Shown piece by piece: positions 1 through 9,948 of a stretch of 64,000 nt of DNA. The translations under genes and the position numbers were made by a program. Origin of the DNA: a bacterium (GTDB lineage Bacteria > Oederibacteriota > Muellerivitia > Muellerivitales > Muellerivitaceae). The notes beneath the pieces are model-generated. The model saw only the letters and a program-made list of their open reading frames with translations. It had not been told where the DNA came from and did no database searches. Each line of letters opens with the position of its first letter. Positions within the stretch are counted from its first letter, which is position 1. The stretch is taken from positions 36,376 through 100,375 of the forward strand of contig DASZRK010000080.1 in assembly GCA_035549195.1 (NCBI GenBank). The letters run 5' to 3'.

Positions 1-293
1 AGATCGATACGGTCGCCCGTTACGGCGGCGAAGAATTCGCCATCATCCTGCCGGAATGTGACGGGAACGCCGGGAGGGAATGGGCGGATCGTATCCGAAA
101 GAATGTGGAAGGCCATCTTTTCGAAAATAACGGTAAACCGCTTTACCGGGTGACAGTATCCTTGGGAGTATCCACCTTCCCGTTCGATTCCCGGGAGCAA
201 AAAGAGTTGATCCAACTTGCGGATAAAGGTCTCTATACGGCAAAAAAAAATGGACGGAACCGTGTCGAACTTTACCGGCCTGGCCAAGATTGA
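1..293 (+). CDS. GGDEF-domain diguanylate cyclase, C-terminal fragment (5' end outside window)
   Basis: In-frame translation from nt 3 reads IDTVARYGGEEFAIILPE...GLYTAKKNGRNRVE, the conserved GG(D/E)EF catalytic region plus C-terminal RNR motif. Stop at 291-293. Confidence 0.8.
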   Translation, partial: IDTVARYGGEEFAIILPECDGNAGREWADRIRKNVEGHLFENNGKPLYRVTVSLGVSTFPFDSREQKELIQLADKGLYTAKKNGRNRVELYRPGQD

Positions 294-465
294 TCTTGTC
301 CGAAAATCGCTGGTTGGGTGCTATATGTTGTATGGTTTAAAGTAAACCTACTAAAAAAAGGGTTCCGGAACAAAAAAGTCACCTATTGGGGGCCGAAAAC
401 GCCCTTTATCTTTCCTTCTTTTTCCCTCCCTTTACAATGCGGTTGTCACTTGGCTCCAAAGAGCG

Positions 466-753
466 TTGTCAACCCCCTGCCATGAGGGCGGAATGATCCT
501 GACTATCAAAGAAATCGCCTCAAAGCTTGGCGTTCACGAGCAAACACTGCGCAATTGGGAACGTTCCGGGCTTCTGAAGATCTCTCGTTTTGGACGGAAT
601 CGGACCCGGATATACAATGAAAAGGACCTCCTCTTATGTCGGAAGATCATCGGCCTCTCGGATCAAGGCATCAATTTGCGTGGCATAAAAGAACTATTGG
701 CACGTGAAAAGAACGGAAGGGTCAAGGGGGTGGTGGTCGGCCACCGCCACTAA
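466..753 (+). CDS. MerR-family HTH transcriptional regulator (true start possibly Met at 493, MILTIKEIA...)
   Basis: LTIKEIASKLGVHEQTLRNWERSGLL is a classic MerR N-terminal HTH signature. Small (~86-95 aa) protein. Confidence 0.7.
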   Translation: MSTPCHEGGMILTIKEIASKLGVHEQTLRNWERSGLLKISRFGRNRTRIYNEKDLLLCRKIIGLSDQGINLRGIKELLAREKNGRVKGVVVGHRH

Positions 754-834
754 TGTGGGATCCGGAGTCAAGAGCTTTTGGGGAACGTGACTTCGGAAAG
801 GCTTGAAAACAAAGGCGTTTTGGGAGCTTATTTC

Positions 835-862
835 TTGACAGTGACGATGGAATTGCCATAAT
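835..862 (+). promoter_or_regulatory. sigma70-like promoter candidate upstream of flgB operon (TTGACA-N16-CATAAT)
   Basis: TTGACA at 835-840, 16-nt spacer, CATAAT at 857-862, ~125 nt upstream of flgB start. Sequence match only. Confidence 0.3.
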
Positions 863-986
863 GACGGTAATTTTTCGCCCTGTCGAAAATTTGGTCCTTA
901 GTTCTTCAAGCCGAAATCAGTCTCATTTTTGTAAAATACGTCGCTTTCGCCCCAAGTTGGATTGGACTTTGTCCTGAGGAGCCAGC

Positions 987-1409
987 GTGGTTAATCCTGT
1001 CGTCCCTATCGATCCCTTGATGGTGCTCCAGAAGAGCCTGGATTCGCTTGCGATCCAGCATGAAGCCATCGCCAACAACCTGGCCAACATCGATACGCCG
1101 CAATTCAAGCGGACGGTCGTTTCATTCCAAGACAAGCTCAAGAATGCATTGGAGGTCAACCCGCCCTCGGACCTTTGGCGGACCAACCCCATGCATTTTC
1201 CAATGGCCAAGCCGATCTCCCTGGACCATTTTCAACCCGATTCCAGGACCATTACCGAGACCATCGGACGCAATGACGGTAACAACGTCGATTTGGAAAT
1301 GGAATCCGGTGTTTTGGCCGAGAACAACCTTCTTTACAACAGTCTCGTGGATGTGACAAGCCGCTATATGGCGAATTTGCGGCACTCCATCACGGAAGGG
1401 AAACAGTAA
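987..1409 (+). CDS. flgB: flagellar basal-body rod protein FlgB
   Basis: N-terminal rod motif (LANNLANIDTPQFKR) and C-terminal rod heptads. First gene of flgBC-fliE order. GTG start. Confidence 0.9.
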   Translation: MVNPVVPIDPLMVLQKSLDSLAIQHEAIANNLANIDTPQFKRTVVSFQDKLKNALEVNPPSDLWRTNPMHFPMAKPISLDHFQPDSRTITETIGRNDGNNVDLEMESGVLAENNLLYNSLVDVTSRYMANLRHSITEGKQ

Positions 1410-1412
1410 TCG

Positions 1413-1868
1413 ATGGGCGCTCTTTCCGGTGTTTTTGCTCCGTTCGCCATCTCCGCATCGGCCTTGACGGCTGAACGCTTGAGAATGGATGTGATCTCCA
1501 ACAATATCGCCAATGCCAATACGACAAGGACCGTCGAAGGCGGCCCCTATGTCCGGCAAAGGGTGGTTTTCGCTCCCCGCTTTGATGCGACCCCGGCTTT
1601 CGCCCCGCTTTTGCCAACGATGACCCCGGATGGGCAGCCGGTCGGTGTCCGTGTAACGGCGATCGAAAGGGATCCGGCGACTCCCAAAATGGTCTACGAC
1701 CCAGGCCACCCGGACGCTAACGCGGAGGGCTATGTGGCGTATCCCAATGTCAATGTGGTCAATGAAATGGTCGATATGATCTCGGCGACACGGGCTTACG
1801 AGGCGAACATTACGGCTTTCAACGCCACGAAGTCCATGGCATTGCAGGCGCTTTCGCTGGGGAAGTAA
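1413..1868 (+). CDS. flgC: flagellar basal-body rod protein FlgC
   Basis: SASALTAERLRMDVISNNIANANTTRT and C-terminal VNVVNEMVDMISATRAYEANITAF are FlgC hallmarks. Confidence 0.92.
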   Translation: MGALSGVFAPFAISASALTAERLRMDVISNNIANANTTRTVEGGPYVRQRVVFAPRFDATPAFAPLLPTMTPDGQPVGVRVTAIERDPATPKMVYDPGHPDANAEGYVAYPNVNVVNEMVDMISATRAYEANITAFNATKSMALQALSLGK

Positions 1869-1894
1869 GTTTTTAAAGTTGGCGCAAAAAACGA

Positions 1895-2233
1895 TTGAAG
1901 GATGATATGCAGATCCAACCGATCCAAATGCCCATCTCAATGACGCAAGGAATGATCCAGCCTATCCAACCTTTGGAGGCTCAATCTATCGCCAATTCCA
2001 CCGAAGTTTCGGCGGCCAACTTCAAGGATCTTTTGAAGAATGCTTTGACGGACCTGAATGCCAGCCAGGTGGGCGCTAATGAATCGATCAAGAACCTCGC
2101 CACCGGCGGGGAAGAGAACCTTCATGATGTGATGATCTCGATGGAGAAGGCCAGTTTGACCCTGCAGTACGCGATCCAGATCCGTAATAAGGTCCTGGAG
2201 TCCTACCAGTCGGTCATTCAAATGCAGATCTAG
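1895..2233 (+). CDS. fliE: flagellar hook-basal body complex protein FliE
   Basis: ~100 aa with FKDLLKNAL...VMISMEKASLTLQYAIQIRNKVLESYQSVIQMQI (FliE C-terminal helix). Follows flgC. Confidence 0.85.
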   Translation: MKDDMQIQPIQMPISMTQGMIQPIQPLEAQSIANSTEVSAANFKDLLKNALTDLNASQVGANESIKNLATGGEENLHDVMISMEKASLTLQYAIQIRNKVLESYQSVIQMQI

Positions 2234-2285
2234 AAGTTTTGTTTTTGGTTGAGGTCGTCCTAATTCCGGGCTTGGTGAGGAAAGA

Positions 2286-3935
2286 TTGAACAACTTTTTT
2301 CAACAAATGATCCAGCAATTCAAAGAGGTTTGGGGCCGCTTTAACCGGACCCAGAAGACCTTGATCATCGCCATTCCATCCGTACTTTTGATCGGATTGC
2401 TGGTGTTCATCCTGGTCTCGTCCCAGTCCCGCTATGAGGTCCTTTATTCCCATTTGGAGGAGAAAGACGCCTCCGAAGTGACGGCGGAGCTTAAAAAAGA
2501 GAATATTCCTTATAAGTTGGCCACAAAGGACAATTATGTGGTGGTCCTCGTTCCTTCCGAGAAGGTCTATGACACTCGCCTGAATCTGGCGGGCCAGGGA
2601 CTTCCCAAAGGCAGCGGGGTCGGTTATGAGATCTTCGACCAGCCCAAATGGGGGTCCACCGACTTTACCCAGAAGGTCAATTATAAACGCGCCCTCGAGA
2701 CCGAAATGGCGCGGACCATCAGCAGCCTCCAGCAGATCCAAACCGCTCGAGTGAGCATCGTGATGCCGGAACCCGAGCTTTTTACCGAGAAGGAGAAGCC
2801 GACCACGGCTTCCGTGGTCCTTGAGTTGAAACCTGACAATCCGCTCCGCAAAGAACAGGTGCGGGGTATCGTGCACTTGGTCTCGGCCAGTGTGGAGGGT
2901 TTGAAACCCGAGAATGTCAGCGTGATCGACAGCAAAGGGAACATTCTCTCCGCCTTCATTCAAGAGGAGCAGGAAGAGAACAATCCGGATAATCCTGAAG
3001 GGACCGCCTTGACCCAACAGGCGAAGCTGACCCTTCACCAGATGGAGGTCCAGCAAAGCTTTGAAAGGAACCTGGAAGGCAAGATCAATTCCATGCTGGC
3101 CAAGGTCCTCGAAGGGAACGGGCATTTTTCGGTGAAAGTTACCGCCGAGCTTAATTTTGACAAGACTGAAAGCGATTCGGAAATATTCGAACCCGTCGTG
3201 GATGGGCAAGGGATCGCCCGTTCCAGCCAGACGAAAAAAGAGCAATATGTAGGGGACGGTGGCTTCCCGGCCAGTATTGTTGGGGGGGTTCCTGGGACCG
3301 ATTCCAATATTCCCGGGTACCAAGCTGTGGCGGGCACGAATTCCCAATATTCGAAGGAAGAGAATACGACCAATTATGAGATCAACCGGACGGTCAAGCA
3401 CAATGTGATCGCCCCAGGGGCACCGAAGCGGATCTCGGTCGCTGTGTTCGTTGATAATCTTCAGCCCCAGCAGAAGGAAGCCATCCAGTCGGCGGTCGTC
3501 GCCGCTGCCGGACTGGACCTCAACCGGGGCGATCAAGTGGCCGTGGAGAACATGCCCTTCATCAATACGGATGCTTTGGCTGCCCAGAAGGAGAAGCAAA
3601 TGGAAGAACACCAGAATTTCATCCTGACCGTCGGAAAGATCGGCCTTTTGGTTCTGATGGCCTTGGGGATGCTCCTGTTCTTGAGGTCCTTGCTGAAGCC
3701 GAAACGGGAGAAGCAATACATCGAGACCTTGGATGATCTGCCTGAAGAACCCGTGATGATGCCCCAGGTCGAGGACATCATCACGACGGATGTGACGGCG
3801 GAGGACTTGGCTAGGGCCGAGGCGGCCCGCGATGCCAAGAAGAGGGAGGCGGTCCGGAAAGAAGTCTTCGATATGGCGAATCGTAATCCCGAGAATGTCG
3901 CTCAGATCATCAAGAAATGGCTCTCTGAGGAGTAG
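2286..3935 (+). CDS. fliF: flagellar MS-ring protein FliF
   Basis: ~550 aa, N-terminal TM after RFNRTQK, conserved RYEVLYSHLEEKDASEVTAELKKENIPYKL, second TM near C-terminus (ILTVGKIGLLVLMALGMLLF). TTG start; alternative Met at 2307. Confidence 0.9.
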   Translation: MNNFFQQMIQQFKEVWGRFNRTQKTLIIAIPSVLLIGLLVFILVSSQSRYEVLYSHLEEKDASEVTAELKKENIPYKLATKDNYVVVLVPSEKVYDTRLNLAGQGLPKGSGVGYEIFDQPKWGSTDFTQKVNYKRALETEMARTISSLQQIQTARVSIVMPEPELFTEKEKPTTASVVLELKPDNPLRKEQVRGIVHLVSASVEGLKPENVSVIDSKGNILSAFIQEEQEENNPDNPEGTALTQQAKLTLHQMEVQQSFERNLEGKINSMLAKVLEGNGHFSVKVTAELNFDKTESDSEIFEPVVDGQGIARSSQTKKEQYVGDGGFPASIVGGVPGTDSNIPGYQAVAGTNSQYSKEENTTNYEINRTVKHNVIAPGAPKRISVAVFVDNLQPQQKEAIQSAVVAAAGLDLNRGDQVAVENMPFINTDALAAQKEKQMEEHQNFILTVGKIGLLVLMALGMLLFLRSLLKPKREKQYIETLDDLPEEPVMMPQVEDIITTDVTAEDLARAEAARDAKKREAVRKEVFDMANRNPENVAQIIKKWLSEE

Positions 3936-3940
3936 CTTTC

Positions 3941-4960
3941 ATGGCTGAAACGAAAAAGAAAACCGCCTTGACCGGTGAGCAAAAAGCCGCCGCCCTTCTG
4001 ATCTCTTTGGGGCCGGAGCTCGCCGCCAAGATCTATCAGCACCTGAAGGAAGAGACCGTCGAACAGGTCACCCTTCAGATCGCCAACCTGCGCAAGATCA
4101 CTCCGGAAGAAAAAGATTCGGTGATGCAGGAGGTGCTGAATATCGCTGCGGCCCAGGAATACATCTCTCAGGGCGGGGTCGAATATGCCCACGAGATCCT
4201 AGAAAAGGCTTTGGGCGCCAATAAGGCGATGGAGATCATCAACCGCCTGCAGGGCTCCCTGCAGATGACGCCTTTCGACTACATCAAGCGGACCGATCCA
4301 CAACAGTTGCTCAATTTCATCCAATCCGAGCATCCACAGACCATTGCTTTGATCCTGGCCCATCTGACGGCGGATCATGCGGCAACGATCCTAGGGGCCT
4401 TGCCTACCGACATCCAAGTTGATGTAGCGACCCGTATCGCGATCTTGGATCGGGCCGCGCCTGACGTAGTCATGGAAATCGAGCGGGTGTTAGAGCGCCG
4501 GATTTCGTCCGTCTTCACCCAGGAATTCACGGCCGCAGGTGGGGTCCGTGCATTGGCCGAGGTCCTTAATCGAGCCGATCGCTCCACGGAAAAGGCCATC
4601 ATGGAGAAACTGGACGAGGTCAATCCGGAACTGGCCGAGGAGGTCAAACGCCTCATGTTCGTCTTCGACGATCTGGTGGCGTTGGACAATCGTACGATCC
4701 AGCAGATATTGAGGGAAGTGGACGCCAAGGATTTGGCCTTGGCCCTCAAGGGCGCCAAGGAAGAGGTGAAGGAACATCTTTTGAAGAACATGTCCAGCCG
4801 CGCCAAGGCCATGATCATCGAAGACATGGAAGTAATGGGTCCGGTGCGCTTGAAGCATGCCGAGGAAGCCCAACAGAAGATCATCAACGTGGTCAGGCAG
4901 TTGGAGGAAATGGGTGAGATCGTCGTTTCACGTGGTGGCGAAGAAGAGGCCATGATCTAA
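3941..4960 (+). CDS. fliG: flagellar motor switch protein FliG
   Basis: 339 aa. LTGEQKAAALLISLGPELAAKIYQHL and C-terminal torque helix region (MFVFDDLVALDNRTIQQILREVD) are typical FliG. Confidence 0.93.
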   Translation: MAETKKKTALTGEQKAAALLISLGPELAAKIYQHLKEETVEQVTLQIANLRKITPEEKDSVMQEVLNIAAAQEYISQGGVEYAHEILEKALGANKAMEIINRLQGSLQMTPFDYIKRTDPQQLLNFIQSEHPQTIALILAHLTADHAATILGALPTDIQVDVATRIAILDRAAPDVVMEIERVLERRISSVFTQEFTAAGGVRALAEVLNRADRSTEKAIMEKLDEVNPELAEEVKRLMFVFDDLVALDNRTIQQILREVDAKDLALALKGAKEEVKEHLLKNMSSRAKAMIIEDMEVMGPVRLKHAEEAQQKIINVVRQLEEMGEIVVSRGGEEEAMI

Positions 4961-4966
4961 CCCCGG

Positions 4967-4984
4967 CCCCGGAGATCTCCGGGG
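4967..4984. repeat. perfect 18-nt palindrome CCCCGGAGATCTCCGGGG in fliG-fliH intergenic region
   Basis: Read directly from the sequence. Not followed by a T-run, so not a canonical intrinsic terminator. Confidence 0.5.
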
Positions 4985-5016
4985 AGTGGTCGATAAGAAA
5001 GGCGGGCCCTAGGTAC

Positions 5017-5928
5017 ATGAGCCGCAGTTTGTTGCCGGACCAGAACTATGCGTATGCCGAACAGGGCTACCTGGTCGACAATATGCCATGGCAGGATGAG
5101 ATCCGTAAGCGGTTGGAGGCGGAACGGGCTCCGAAACTGTTGGACCCGATGCCGACCTTGAACCCGGCTGAATTCGAACCTCTGATGCTTCCGGAAAATC
5201 CTGAAGCATCGGAGGTGCAGGCGGCCCTCGAACCATCCGCTGAGGAAGTTGCGGAGAAACTAAAGCTGGAGGCCGAGGAGAAGGCGAAGAGTATCGAACA
5301 AACGGCTCGAAAGAGCGCCTATGACCTAGTGGAGCAGGCCCGTTGGGAAGCCCAGGACCTGATCCAAAAAGCCAAGGAAGAGGCGGAGAAAGAAGTTCAG
5401 GCTTTGAAGGACCATGCGGCGATCGAAGGCCGTCATGAGGGAATGGAGGCAGGCAAGTTGGAAGGCATTGAGATGGGCCGTCAAGAAGGCCAAAAGGCCT
5501 ATTTTGAAGCCATTCAAAAATGGTCCGGGATGATGGAAGCGACTTTAGAACAGAGGCATCAGTTACTGGGGGAGATGCAGCCGCTTTTAGTGGACTTGGT
5601 TGGACAGGCCCTTTACCAATGTCTGAAGCGAAAGGCGGAAGGCGACAACCAGATGATCGTCGAGATGGTCGGGGAGGCCCTTCGTAAGGCACAGGATCGG
5701 GTTCATTTGAAACTGCATCTGAACCCTGCCGACGTGGAAGAGGTGAAGAGCCAAAGTGAAAGGCTGAGCCTTTCGGTGGGTGCGGGACACCTTGAATTGG
5801 TCCCGGATGCGCGCATCGAGCGCGGCGGGTGTGTCTTGGAAACCGAGGCTGGATCGGTCGATGCGCGACTGGCCACGATGGTTTCCCAGGCCAAGGACGC
5901 CTTGACGCAGGGAATGCCGGCCCGTTGA
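5017..5928 (+). CDS. fliH: flagellar assembly protein FliH (FliI regulator)
   Basis: Position between fliG and fliI. E/K/A-rich coiled-coil N-half ([44 protein letters not shown]) and C-terminal FliH-like domain. Confidence 0.75.
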   Translation: MSRSLLPDQNYAYAEQGYLVDNMPWQDEIRKRLEAERAPKLLDPMPTLNPAEFEPLMLPENPEASEVQAALEPSAEEVAEKLKLEAEEKAKSIEQTARKSAYDLVEQARWEAQDLIQKAKEEAEKEVQALKDHAAIEGRHEGMEAGKLEGIEMGRQEGQKAYFEAIQKWSGMMEATLEQRHQLLGEMQPLLVDLVGQALYQCLKRKAEGDNQMIVEMVGEALRKAQDRVHLKLHLNPADVEEVKSQSERLSLSVGAGHLELVPDARIERGGCVLETEAGSVDARLATMVSQAKDALTQGMPAR

Positions 5929-5947
5929 GGCTGGGGAAGGTGGATGC

Positions 5948-7288
5948 TTGAACCCTGTTTTGAACGAGATTCTTCCGCCCCTCGAGGGGTTGAAGAAGAA
6001 CCTGGAAAGCATGGAAGTCGTCCGGGTGAATGGGCGCGTGGAGCAGGTCGTTGGGTTGGTGATCGAATCGACGGGCCCCGCCGCTTCGGTGGGAGAGGCT
6101 TGTTGGATCACTCCGGCGGATGGCAAGGGCGAGATGGTCCTAGCTGAGGTCGTTGGATTCCGCCAGCACCGTGTTCTATTGATGCCCCTGGGGGAGATGA
6201 GGGGCCTCGGGCCGGGAAGTGAGGTGGTCCCGACCGGACAGGCCTTCCGGATCCCGGTGGGCGAATGCTTGCTGGGGCGTGTTATCGATGCCATGGGAAA
6301 GCCCATGGATGGAAAGGGCTCTTTGGGGCCTGAACCGGCGAGTTACCCGATCCACCGGGAACCGCCTTCGCCTATGGAACGCAGGAGGATCACTCGGCCA
6401 ATGCCGACAGGGGTGAGGGCGATTGATGCCTTGTTGACCCTGGGAGAGGGTCAGCGGCTCGGGATATTCTCGGGGTCCGGTGTCGGGAAGAGCACTTTGT
6501 TGGGGATGATCGCTCGTAATACCGAGGCGGATGTCAATGTGATCGCCTTGGTGGGCGAACGTGGAAGGGAAGTGAAGGATTTTCTGGAGAGGGACCTGGG
6601 GACCGAAGGGCTTAAACGTAGTGTGGTTGTGGTCGCTACCTCGGACCAGCCTTCCCTGATCCGTATCCAGGCAGCGCTGGTGGCGACGGCGGTCGCGGAG
6701 TATTTCCGGGACCAGGGCAAGAGGGTCATGCTAATGATGGATTCGGTGACCCGCTTTGCCATGGCCCAGCGGGAGGTGGGGTTGGCTATCGGAGAACCCC
6801 CGGCGACCAAAGGGTATACTCCTTCGGTCTTTGCGTTGTTGCCTAAACTGATGGAGCGGGCTGGGACCACGGCCCATCAAGGGAGCATTACGGCCCTTTA
6901 TACCATCTTGGTGGAAGCCGATGACATGAACGAGCCGGTGGCGGACACTTGCCGGTCGATTTTGGACGGACATGTGGTGCTTTCAAGGGACCTGGCAGCG
7001 CAGAATCACTATCCGGCCATCGATGTGCTGAATAGTGTGTCCCGCGTCATGCGGGATATTGTGACGAAGGAGCAGAGTGACGCGGCGGGGAAGATGAGGT
7101 CCATCCTGGCCACCTATAAAGGGGCCGAGGATCTCATCTCCATCGGCGCTTATGTGAAGGGTAGCAATCCAAAAGTGGACGAAGCCCTTCAAAAGCTTGA
7201 TGCGGTGCAAGGGTTCTTGAGGCAATCACGAGAAGATCGGGCGCCCTGGGCGGAGATGACCCAGAAGCTCCTTGGCTTCTTGAACTGA
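5948..7288 (+). CDS. fliI: flagellum-specific ATP synthase FliI
   Basis: Walker [16 protein letters not shown], Walker [18 protein letters not shown]3SS ATPase family, 446 aa. Confidence 0.95.
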   Translation: MNPVLNEILPPLEGLKKNLESMEVVRVNGRVEQVVGLVIESTGPAASVGEACWITPADGKGEMVLAEVVGFRQHRVLLMPLGEMRGLGPGSEVVPTGQAFRIPVGECLLGRVIDAMGKPMDGKGSLGPEPASYPIHREPPSPMERRRITRPMPTGVRAIDALLTLGEGQRLGIFSGSGVGKSTLLGMIARNTEADVNVIALVGERGREVKDFLERDLGTEGLKRSVVVVATSDQPSLIRIQAALVATAVAEYFRDQGKRVMLMMDSVTRFAMAQREVGLAIGEPPATKGYTPSVFALLPKLMERAGTTAHQGSITALYTILVEADDMNEPVADTCRSILDGHVVLSRDLAAQNHYPAIDVLNSVSRVMRDIVTKEQSDAAGKMRSILATYKGAEDLISIGAYVKGSNPKVDEALQKLDAVQGFLRQSREDRAPWAEMTQKLLGFLN

Positions 7289-7295
7289 GGGTCCG

Positions 7296-7793
7296 ATGCC
7301 GACCCGTTTTCGGTTCCGGTTGGAACAGGTACTGAATCTCCGTAAGCAGCTGGAGGAGCAAAAGGTGCGGGAATTGGCCCAAGCTCAAGGGCGTCTTCTG
7401 GAGATAGAAGAGGAGCTCCGGGGGCATGAGCAAGAGGAGGGCGCCTTTCTGGGGTCTTACGGTCGTTTTGAGGAGGCCGGGACGTTCAGTAGTGACCAAG
7501 TGATGGCTTTTTCCGAATATCGGGATTGGTTGTCGCGCCGTAAAAAAGAGATGGAACGTCGGGAAAGGGAATGGGCACAGGAAGTTGAGCGGCGGCGCCA
7601 AACGGCCATGCGGGCGTCCCGTGGAAGACGATTGTTGGAGAATTTGAAGGAAAAGCGAGCTAAACAGCATGCCCAAGAAGTCCTGGGCGAAGAACAGCGT
7701 TTTTTGGATGAGATCGCTTCGATCGCTTTTGTAAGGCGGGACCGGGTCCAAAGGACCATCGGGGCCGCTACGACCGAAAACTTAGGGAGGTGA
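7296..7793 (+). CDS. fliJ: flagellar export chaperone-escort protein FliJ
   Basis: 165 aa coiled-coil protein. FRLEQVLNLRKQLEEQKVRELAQAQ resembles FliJ N-terminus. Immediately after fliI. Confidence 0.7.
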   Translation: MPTRFRFRLEQVLNLRKQLEEQKVRELAQAQGRLLEIEEELRGHEQEEGAFLGSYGRFEEAGTFSSDQVMAFSEYRDWLSRRKKEMERREREWAQEVERRRQTAMRASRGRRLLENLKEKRAKQHAQEVLGEEQRFLDEIASIAFVRRDRVQRTIGAATTENLGR

Positions 7794-7797
7794 TATT

Positions 7798-8610
7798 GTG
7801 GATATCGCAACGGTTCTAGGATTGTTTTTAGGGCTCATCGGTGTCGTCGGGGGGTCCCTCCTCGATGGAACACCCTTGACCGCGTTGTTGCAGTTCGCGG
7901 CCTTCGTCATCATTTTTGTGGGAACCTCAGGCGCGACCATGATGAGCTTTCCCATCGATACGGTGAGGGAATTTTGGCCGGTCCTTAAAAAGGCCTTCAA
8001 AAAACAGGAACTGGATCCTGCGGCGATCGTCACTCAATTGGTGGGTTTTGCGACCAAGGCTCGTCGCGAAGGTCTGCTGGGCCTTGAAGAGGAAGCGGAA
8101 GCGATCCAGGATCCTTTCCTGAAGAAGGGCCTTCAATTGGTCGTTGACGGTACCGACATCGAAATGATCCGCAATATCATGGAGACGGACATAGCGTTCC
8201 TGGAGGCTCGTCACAAGATCGGTGAAAGTATTTTCGGGACGCTGGGTGGTTTTGCCCCTACCCTGGGTATCATCGGGACCGTCGTCGGTCTCGTGCACGC
8301 CTTGTCGGCCTTCGGTAGCGGGGAGGCGGATGCGGCGGCCCTGGTCGCGGCTATCGCAACAGCCTTCATTGCGACTTTCTATGGGATCTCCTTTGCGAAC
8401 CTGGTCTTCCTTCCCATTTCCTTCAAATTGAAACAGAACAGCCAAGCGGAGGTGCTCCTTCGCGAGGTCATGCTGGAAGGTATCTTGGCCATTTCAGCTG
8501 GGGATAACCCGCGTATCGTTGAGGAGAAGTTAAAGGCCTTCCTTCCGCCGCGTATGAAACTGGACATGGAGGCGGCGGCAAAACAGGGCGAAGGCAAGGA
8601 AGAGGAATAA
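7798..8610 (+). CDS. motA: flagellar stator protein MotA (proton/ion channel)
   Basis: 270 aa with 4 TM helices and cytoplasmic loop. C-terminal TM3/4 region TLGGFAPTLGIIGTVVGLVHAL...ATFYGISFANLVFLPI matches the MotA/PomA/TolQ/ExbB fold. Followed by motB. Confidence 0.85.
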   Translation: MDIATVLGLFLGLIGVVGGSLLDGTPLTALLQFAAFVIIFVGTSGATMMSFPIDTVREFWPVLKKAFKKQELDPAAIVTQLVGFATKARREGLLGLEEEAEAIQDPFLKKGLQLVVDGTDIEMIRNIMETDIAFLEARHKIGESIFGTLGGFAPTLGIIGTVVGLVHALSAFGSGEADAAALVAAIATAFIATFYGISFANLVFLPISFKLKQNSQAEVLLREVMLEGILAISAGDNPRIVEEKLKAFLPPRMKLDMEAAAKQGEGKEEE

Positions 8611-8645
8611 TCCTCCCCGAATCGGGGGTGTCATGGAGTTTTTGA

Positions 8646-9419
8646 ATGCCTAAACGTAAAAAAGGTGGCCACGACGGTGGCATGGAGATGGAATCCGGCG
8701 GCATGATGCGCTGGCTCCTGACCTATGCTGACTTGATCACCCTTTTGTTAGCTACCTTTATCATCCTTTTTGCGACTGCGAGCCAGAGCAAACAGGTCAT
8801 CGAGGAGATCAAGGCACAGATCCGGGCGGTTTTCGGCCCTATCCCCGGGAATACAGCTGTCCTTCCCTCCCAAAGCGCGAATGCGGGTGAACATTATAAG
8901 ATCATTCCTGGAGAGCCGCGGGAAGGGGGGCCGGTGGGCGGACCCGCTCCGCCGAACAAGATCACTACAATGGGAGAACTGAAGAGTGGTCATCCGGGTA
9001 TTCGCCAGCAGTTGGGTGCCAATAAGGTCTATATCCGTCGCGAAGCTCGGGGGCTGGTTATTAGTCTCCTAACGGACAAGGTGCTTTTTGACCTCGGCGA
9101 GACAAAGATTAGGCCGGAAATGTACGAGACATTGAACGATATCGCAGATATTCTCAGGAAGAATCCGGATAAAAAGGTCGAAGTGGAGGGCCATACCGAC
9201 GATTTGGCCATCCAAACCCGCAAGATCCCAAGCAACTGGGAACTATCTGCCCTCAGGGCGACGGCAGTCGTAAAGTATTTAGTGGGTGAAAAGGGGTTGG
9301 ATCCGGCCCGATTTTCCGCAGCTGGTTATGCGGAATACCAGCCGTTGGTCCCGAACATCAGTGAAGCGAACCGCCGGATCAATCGGCGGGTCGACATTGT
9401 TATCATGAATTTGAATTAA
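8646..9419 (+). CDS. motB: flagellar stator protein MotB (OmpA-like peptidoglycan-binding)
   Basis: N-terminal single TM with plug region (WLLTYADLITLLLATFIILF) and C-terminal OmpA-like domain (EVEGHTDD...SNWELSALRATAVVKYL...NRRVDIV). Confidence 0.85.
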   Translation: MPKRKKGGHDGGMEMESGGMMRWLLTYADLITLLLATFIILFATASQSKQVIEEIKAQIRAVFGPIPGNTAVLPSQSANAGEHYKIIPGEPREGGPVGGPAPPNKITTMGELKSGHPGIRQQLGANKVYIRREARGLVISLLTDKVLFDLGETKIRPEMYETLNDIADILRKNPDKKVEVEGHTDDLAIQTRKIPSNWELSALRATAVVKYLVGEKGLDPARFSAAGYAEYQPLVPNISEANRRINRRVDIVIMNLN

Positions 9420-9430
9420 TTAAAGGAGGG

Positions 9431-9913
9431 GTGAACATGGCAGATCAAGGAGAAAAGGGCTTGCGGGGTTTGGTGATGATCTCGCTTTTACTCAGCGCCC
9501 TCACTTTGGTGGGGATGGCGGTCTTGGGTGTTCTGGCCCTCACGAAATTGGGAGGTGTTTCTGAATCGAAAAAGGAGGTCAAGGTCATCGAACAGAAACC
9601 GGAACCCGGGAAGAATTATGACCTGGGCACTTTCACGGTGAATCTTGCCGATGAAGAGGCCTCCCGTTATGTCCGCGCCCATGTGGTCATGGAATATAGT
9701 TCCCTGAACCCCGAGCTGGACAAGGAAATCAAGTTGCGTGAGGCTCAGTTCAAGGATCTGGTGAACACCCTCCTGAACGATCGAAAGGCCGTGGAATTAT
9801 CGACCGCCGAAGGGAAGGAACAATTCCGCCGCGAGTTCCAACTGAAGGTCAACGAAACCCTGAAATACGGCGCTATTACAAATGTTTTCTTGACGGAGTT
9901 TGCGATCCAATAA
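9431..9913 (+). CDS. fliL: flagellar basal-body-associated protein FliL
   Basis: 160 aa with single N-terminal TM and FliL-like periplasmic domain (YDLGTFTVNLADEEASRYVRAHVVMEYSS). Sits after motB and before fliM as in Firmicutes. Confidence 0.75.
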   Translation: MNMADQGEKGLRGLVMISLLLSALTLVGMAVLGVLALTKLGGVSESKKEVKVIEQKPEPGKNYDLGTFTVNLADEEASRYVRAHVVMEYSSLNPELDKEIKLREAQFKDLVNTLLNDRKAVELSTAEGKEQFRREFQLKVNETLKYGAITNVFLTEFAIQ

Positions 9914-9948
9914 GTTGTTGGTGGAAGCTGCCATAGGGGAGAAGAGAA

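Noticed and set aside
294-465. Possible sigma70 promoter for the MerR gene (TTGATC...TATATG).
   Set aside because: Spacing between candidate -35 and -10 hexamers does not fit 16-18 nt in any register I could find. Left uncalled.
2214-3716. 500-aa minus-strand ORF antisense to fliF, and similar long minus-strand ORFs: 1122-1940, 5587-6306, 37161-38153, 41382-42662, 48563-49336, 49823-50770, 51822-52961, 52109-53182, 54975-56786, 57838-59565.
   Set aside because: All lie opposite strongly supported + strand genes. Their translations are low-complexity R/G/P/H-rich with no motifs, typical antisense shadow ORFs in GC-rich DNA.
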